Assembly (NCBI GenBank): GCA_964510025.1
Contig: CAZDZV010000002.1
Location: forward strand, 124,001-186,688
DNA: 62,688 bases
Reading direction: 5' to 3'
From: an uncultured Methanosarcinales archaeon
GTDB lineage: Archaea; Nanobdellota; Nanobdellia; Woesearchaeales; DATDXC01
Shown here one piece after another: positions 15,001 to 21,000 of the stretch (the stretch's first letter is position 1; each line of letters opens with the position of its first letter). A program made the translations under genes and the position numbers. The notes beneath the pieces are model-generated. The model was not told where the DNA came from. It did no database searches and was given only the letters and a program-made list of their open reading frames with translations.

Positions 15001-18000
15001 CAGTCCAATGTTACGTTCCAGGCTGTTATGTTCATGCATACAGATCCTGTAAAGTCGATGATGTTGGATGACAGATTATAGGTGGTATGGTCCTGGTTAA
15101 GGGTCCAGCACCTGTCCATCTTTGCGATGCCAATAGTTGAGTTCCCAGGTGCATGGGAAGATGTTCCGTGGGTAGTCTCTACCCTGCAGTTCCACTCATA
15201 TATCCCGGAAGATGGAAGGCTTTGGCTGAAATTGGCTGCAACATGGCTGCCTGTAAGGTCCGAGGTGTTCTGGATTATTACGCTGCCAGAGCTGTTCCAG
15301 ACAAACAAGGTAAGGTTGGTTATGTAATAGTCTGGGAAAGAGTTTATCGTAGCGTTGCAGGAGAAGTTATAGTCAAGCTCCACATCATGTGTGAAGTAAT
15401 AGTCAACAGGGCTTATCAGGGTGATATTGTAGTCTGTCGTGTTTATTATTGTGATATCTATCGTGGTTGTCTGGTCATTGATCGACATGTCAGAGGTAGC
15501 ATTAACATAGCCGAAGAATGTGCTTGTGCCCCATGAAGCAGAGGCATTTACCCAGAATGTGACATGCTGGCTCTCTCCTGGATTCATAGATATTGTATAA
15601 GGGTTGGATGACTTGTTTGTCCAGAAAGGCGTAGAGGGGGTCGTGTTTACAAGGCCGTATTTCTGCTCCCCTATAGCCTGGTATGTAAGGATATAGTCAT
15701 TCTGAACATAGTCGTTTGAGCCGTCAACTTCTGTGTATAGGCCCCCCTCATAGGATACGCCCTTTGGCGCTTGCTGTTCTCCATCCCATTGATCGCTTGA
15801 CTCATCATATGTAAAGATAATATCTCCATTCCTGTATAGTATCGCTTCTACCTCATAGATATCGCTGCTTGCATCATCATATACCATGTCCCAGTGGAAT
15901 ACGACATAATCGCTGTCTGTGCAGTAGTAAAATGTCGTTGCCTCATAGGAATTTTCCTGTGGATAGGAATCAGCTGAGTAAGGTGTTATTATTACATCTG
16001 AACTATCCGACATCTCTGATCCGTAATTGCTGCAATCCTCGTCATTGTCAAAGTTCAGCAAGCCGTTGTCGCAGACATCGATATCATCAAACTCCTCTCC
16101 GTAGAATTCAAAGCCAGATTCCCAGCCTGCATCGCCTGTAAATGAGAAATCCATGAAATAGTCATCTGAGATGAAGAACTCATTGTCAGAGCAGCCATAC
16201 CAGTTATTGCCCAGATCATCCAGCTCAAACGAATAGTATGCAGCGGGATCCAGGCTGACGTTTATGCCTGTACAGGCCCCCTGAATGCAGTCGACGGTGA
16301 ATGTTATGTTGAACCATCCGTTATACAGCACATCTGTATCAGCTGTCGGCGTTATCCAGTCGATGCTCAGCTGGATAGGATCTGTTGTGTATGTATATTG
16401 CCTTTGTGACTGGTTCAGGTTTCCGGCTGTATCTACTGAATAGGCTGTGAAGACATTATCCCCAGCCGGCAGAGATGTGAAGTTATGCTCATACCTGTAT
16501 GCTGAGGCATTGTAAAGAGCTTTGACTTCAGAAGCATTCAACGTCCTGTTGAAAACAACTATCTCATCTATAGAGCCGTTAAGGTCCCATGTTGTGCCGT
16601 TATAGGGTGCCCTTCCTATCCTGAACTCTTCTCGGGTTGGATTGGGGCAGTAGGGCCAGTCGCCAACATCCTTGAGATCACCGTTGATATAAAGGCTGGA
16701 GTTTGTGGAGTTCCACGCTACAGCTATGTGGTTCCAGCTGTTTTCAAGGCTGTTGACATAATATCCTCCCTTGCCTATACCTGCATTGTTCCATGCATAG
16801 TAGACTACATCTGTGCTTCGCCTATACAAGGTTGCATAGCAGTAGTTTGAACCTGTCTGCTCCTGGGCTAAAAGTATCTGGTAATCATCTCCAGCATCCT
16901 CCACATATGCCCAGAATGAATAAGAGGCATTGGACTCATTTGCGAACAATGCAACTGCCCCGTCTATCGAATCATCATCTCCGTCAAACTTCCATGCCTT
17001 TCCAAACCTGCCGTCTGCCTGGCCGTTGTCAAGGTCAGGGCCATCTCCTCTTGTTGTGTTGCTTGACCATGAGGCGTTTCTCTGGTAGGACGAGCTGTCG
17101 ACAGGGTCTCCTGTAGAGTTGAGAGAATCCATCGTCATCCATAGCAGGACATCGTTGCCATGCTCAACAAATGCATAGTGATGATGGACGTCAGATGTGG
17201 AGATGTTAACCTTTGCATGATCGACAGCTCCTGAATTGTTGGAATCACTGAATGCCACATACGGCGGCGTAAGGTCTATCTTGATTATCCTCTCTTCTGT
17301 CTCGTTCTTGTGGCCGGCCCTATCAACAGCAGCAGCCTTGTAGCTGAGGTTGCCCTCCCTCAAGCCAGTGACATTTGCATAATAGCCAGCTGTTGAGTTG
17401 TAGAGCATTGAGATTTCAGAAGCAGATAAGCTGCGGTTGAAGATAATTGCTTCGTCGATGGAGCCGTTGAAGGGATTTACACCTTCACTGCCTATATACC
17501 AGTCATTTGACCCGATTGTCAAAGAGCCTGATGGATTTGCGGATGCCTTTTCAACCGCGTTATGATAGATTTTTATGTTGCTTCCATTAGAAGTACATAC
17601 AACAAAATTCCACTTATTATACTCAACCACATCTGTATTGGTAGTCGCTCTATCATTGCTGTAATCATTCAAGATGCACTCTAGTTCTTTGTAGTCTCCA
17701 TCATCAATTCTAAACACTATCTCATATCCGCCCAAATTATAGATAAACTGATTGGTGGTCTCTTCAATTGGATATATCCATGCTGCCATAGTGATACTTG
17801 GTACACCATTAAAATCCATATTCGGTTCAGACACCAATAAATAATCCCCATCACCATCAAACTCAAACCCTTTCCCGAACCTTCCTGCTGTTACCTGATG
17901 GGCATTGCCTACTACAGAGCCGTTGTTGCTATATCCTGATTCGTCCAGCACACCGCCAGATGCATTCAGGCTGTCAAATCGCCACCAGCCGACAAGCGAG

Positions 18001-21000
18001 CTATCGATGTCAACAAACGCATATGTGTCTGTGCCTGCGGCTATTGAAGCGTTTACGAGATAGGTTGAGTTGCCCAAGACAAAATCTGTGGCTTTTGTCG
18101 GCTCTGAGAAGTTGATGTTTATGCCGACCGTATCCACTGTAAAGGTAAGAGTTGAATAGTTCTTGTTGCCATCTGCATCAACAGAATAGGCAGTGTATGA
18201 ATAGGAGTCATCAGCCAATGTCAGGTTTCTCTCCAGATGGTATTGTGACGAGTTGTATAGGGCTTGTATCTCAGAATTTGATAGGGTCCTGTTGAATATT
18301 ATGATATCATCAAGGGTCCCATTGAAGTCATTGTTGGCATTTTCACCGTACCTTCCTATGACCAGACCGCTTGTTCCGCTGATCATCGTACCTCCTTTTT
18401 TAGAGGATATATCTCCAGACTGCCCTTCAACGCTGTTGATATATAATATTGCATTTCCGCTGCGATTTACATTGACAAAAACGTGTGTCCACTCTCCTGA
18501 TATATCTCCAACATCATTCTCCACCTCAAGCCTATCTCCGGTATCATTATTGATATGGAATTCTATCGGATCGCCTGCTTCATCAGCCCTGTAGATAAGG
18601 CCAAATCCTTCTCCATCTGAATTGTACCAATTGCCTGTCGCTACAATGGCCAGAATACCCTCTTCATCGGTAGGTTTTATCCATGCTGAGACAGAAAAAT
18701 CAGTGGCATTGTCTAGGGTTGCAACGATAGCATTACCTGCATCAACATAGTCCCCATCACCGTCAAACTCAAATGCCTTTCCGAAATACCCTGAATCTGT
18801 CTGTGCTGCATTGCCTTCAGCAGAGCCGTTGTTCTCCCTGTGGGACTCATCCACTACATCACCTGAGGTATTCAACACGTCAAATCTCCACCAGCCGACA
18901 AGCGAATCGTTGAAGAATGAATAGGTATTATGTATATCAGTAACTGTTGCGTTGAGCTGGACAAAGCTGTCATTTACAGCGCCGTTATCTGATGGAGATG
19001 GATGGACAAACCTTATCTCTGCCACTATCCTGTCCTGAGCCTCTACTGTGACCAGGTTCTTGGCGCCTGCAGACTGAGATATCATCGGGGAATAAAAGCC
19101 GTAGTTATCGCTGAACAGCATATATTCTGGCATCACATTTGCAGTAAGAGTGGATATGCTGAATTCGTTTAGGGAATGGTTATCAGCTGAATCCACGGCG
19201 CTAAGCTGCTCGTAATCAGTGTAATCCCACAGGGCTTTTCCCTGTATATACAGCTGCCTGATCTCGTCTGATGACAGGCTTCTGTTGAATGCCAAAACCT
19301 CGTCTATGGTGCCGTTGAAGAAGTTGTTCGCTCCGTTGTAAGAGCCGATATATATGTCCTCCCTCTTATTTCCGACGTAGCATGCTTCTGAATCCTTAAA
19401 TTCCCCGTTGTAGTAGGCTAAAGAGTGATTGCTGGAGTTAAGGACGATACAGTAATGGCCAAGTTCCTGCCAGTACCCTGAGCCCAGGCTAACTCCATTC
19501 AGGCAGTAGGAATCAGATGTAGTGTCATTTCCGATACCGTATCTTACAACTGCATCTGTATCAAACATGATATGCGTATAGGTTGAGCCAGAGCCATAGC
19601 TTCCAACAACAACCATATTGCCGTTGTCTGGATTCTCATCTGACCTTGCCCAGGCGCAGATCGTAAGTTCGGTGTCTACAAGATTGTCATCAAAGGACGT
19701 GACCCCAACATAGTCGCTGTCGCCTTCAAAGTAGAATGCCTGGCCAAACACGCCGGGAGCAGTGGCTATCGCGCCCTCCAGCGAGCCGTCATAGCCTCCG
19801 CAGCTGTCTGCTGCATCCCCATCCCCTCTCCAGCAGCTTATAAGACTAGAATATCCTGTAAAGTCAGAGCTGTTATAGCCCAGGCTTTGGTCCCAGTAGC
19901 CAAGCCTCAGTGAAATGTCCGTATCCAGGCTTCTCTGGTAATCCAGCGTGGTTATATTGAAGGTATCATAGCCAGAGCTTATGTTGAACTGCTTTATCGT
20001 CTGCGTTGCTTGTTTCTTGAACCTGGCAGAGGTGTTCTTAAAGATGCCCCGGACCTGGGCATGGCTAAGCGAAATGTTGAAGATCATCACTTCATCTATA
20101 GAGCCGTTGAATGACCTGCCATTTTGGCCAGACCTGAAGCCGATAGCTGAGATTTCAGGTGCTCCGCTTCCGTAGGTCTCATTCATGGCGATGCCATCTA
20201 CCTCGCCATCTACATAGAGCGTCCTGTTGGTTCCGTTCATCGTGACAGCGACATGATACCAGACACCATATTCAAGGGTTGTTGAGCCTTCTGTAGAGCC
20301 GCCGCTCGGAGGGTATTGGTCAAACATCAGATTCTGTGTACCAATAATGAAATAATTCTTTGTTGCTGTGGTCACATACTCACCATAGATAGAATGTAGG
20401 TCTGTAGTCTTTTTATAGTGCTTCACCCATGCCATGATGGTGAAATTGGTGTCTTGTATGATGCCCCCATCAGAGAGGTTGACATAATCCTCCTGGCCAT
20501 TTAGCTGAACGCACCTTCCGTATCTGCAATCGCTTTGATTTATCACTGTCTTGTTCCTGGTGTTGGCATCATTATTTCCTGACCAGTCATGCACAGTCAC
20601 GTTTTCTTCATTTTCAACAGAAGTGTCAAAGTTCCAGTAGCCGATAAGGTATCTGCCAAGACCCCAGCTGCTCCATCTTGCATCCCCATTCAGCGTCCCG
20701 TCATTGCTGAACCCAGAGCTGTCTGTAGCATTTATCCCGGCTCCCTCGTCAAGCTTCCACCATCCCACTAAACCTTCTGACACCAAAGAACTGTTGGCAG
20801 TCCTGCCTGAATTATATAGCTCTGTAATATTTGCCTGGTTCAGGGATATGTTGTAGATCCTTACTTCGTCTATTGAGCCGTTGTAATTAAATACCCCGTT
20901 AAGCGCTCCAATGTTGACTGTAAAACCATCTGATAAATTGCTTATGGCCCTAGTCAGCTGGACAGTGGATCCTATATCTCCATCCCAGTAGACAGTTGTA

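Larger units (their letters stand above)
1..15120 (-). other. Seven parallel beta-helix (PbH1/NosD/CASH-like) modules, with Ig-like, Gly-rich and 'FNVTHFT' linker domains, within the giant protein
   Basis: Modules start with a C..L...(N)T.Y.L...C(F/M).I.A.N.TLD-type cap at about 15120, 12700, 7780, 6720, 5570, 4200 and 1000. A KW(H/Y)YRAY(V/I)ND linker occurs at about 12980, 10615, 5860 and 1285. Gly-rich repeats lie at about 8130-9720 and HFT motifs at about 6750 and 4230. Coordinates are approximate. Confidence 0.8.
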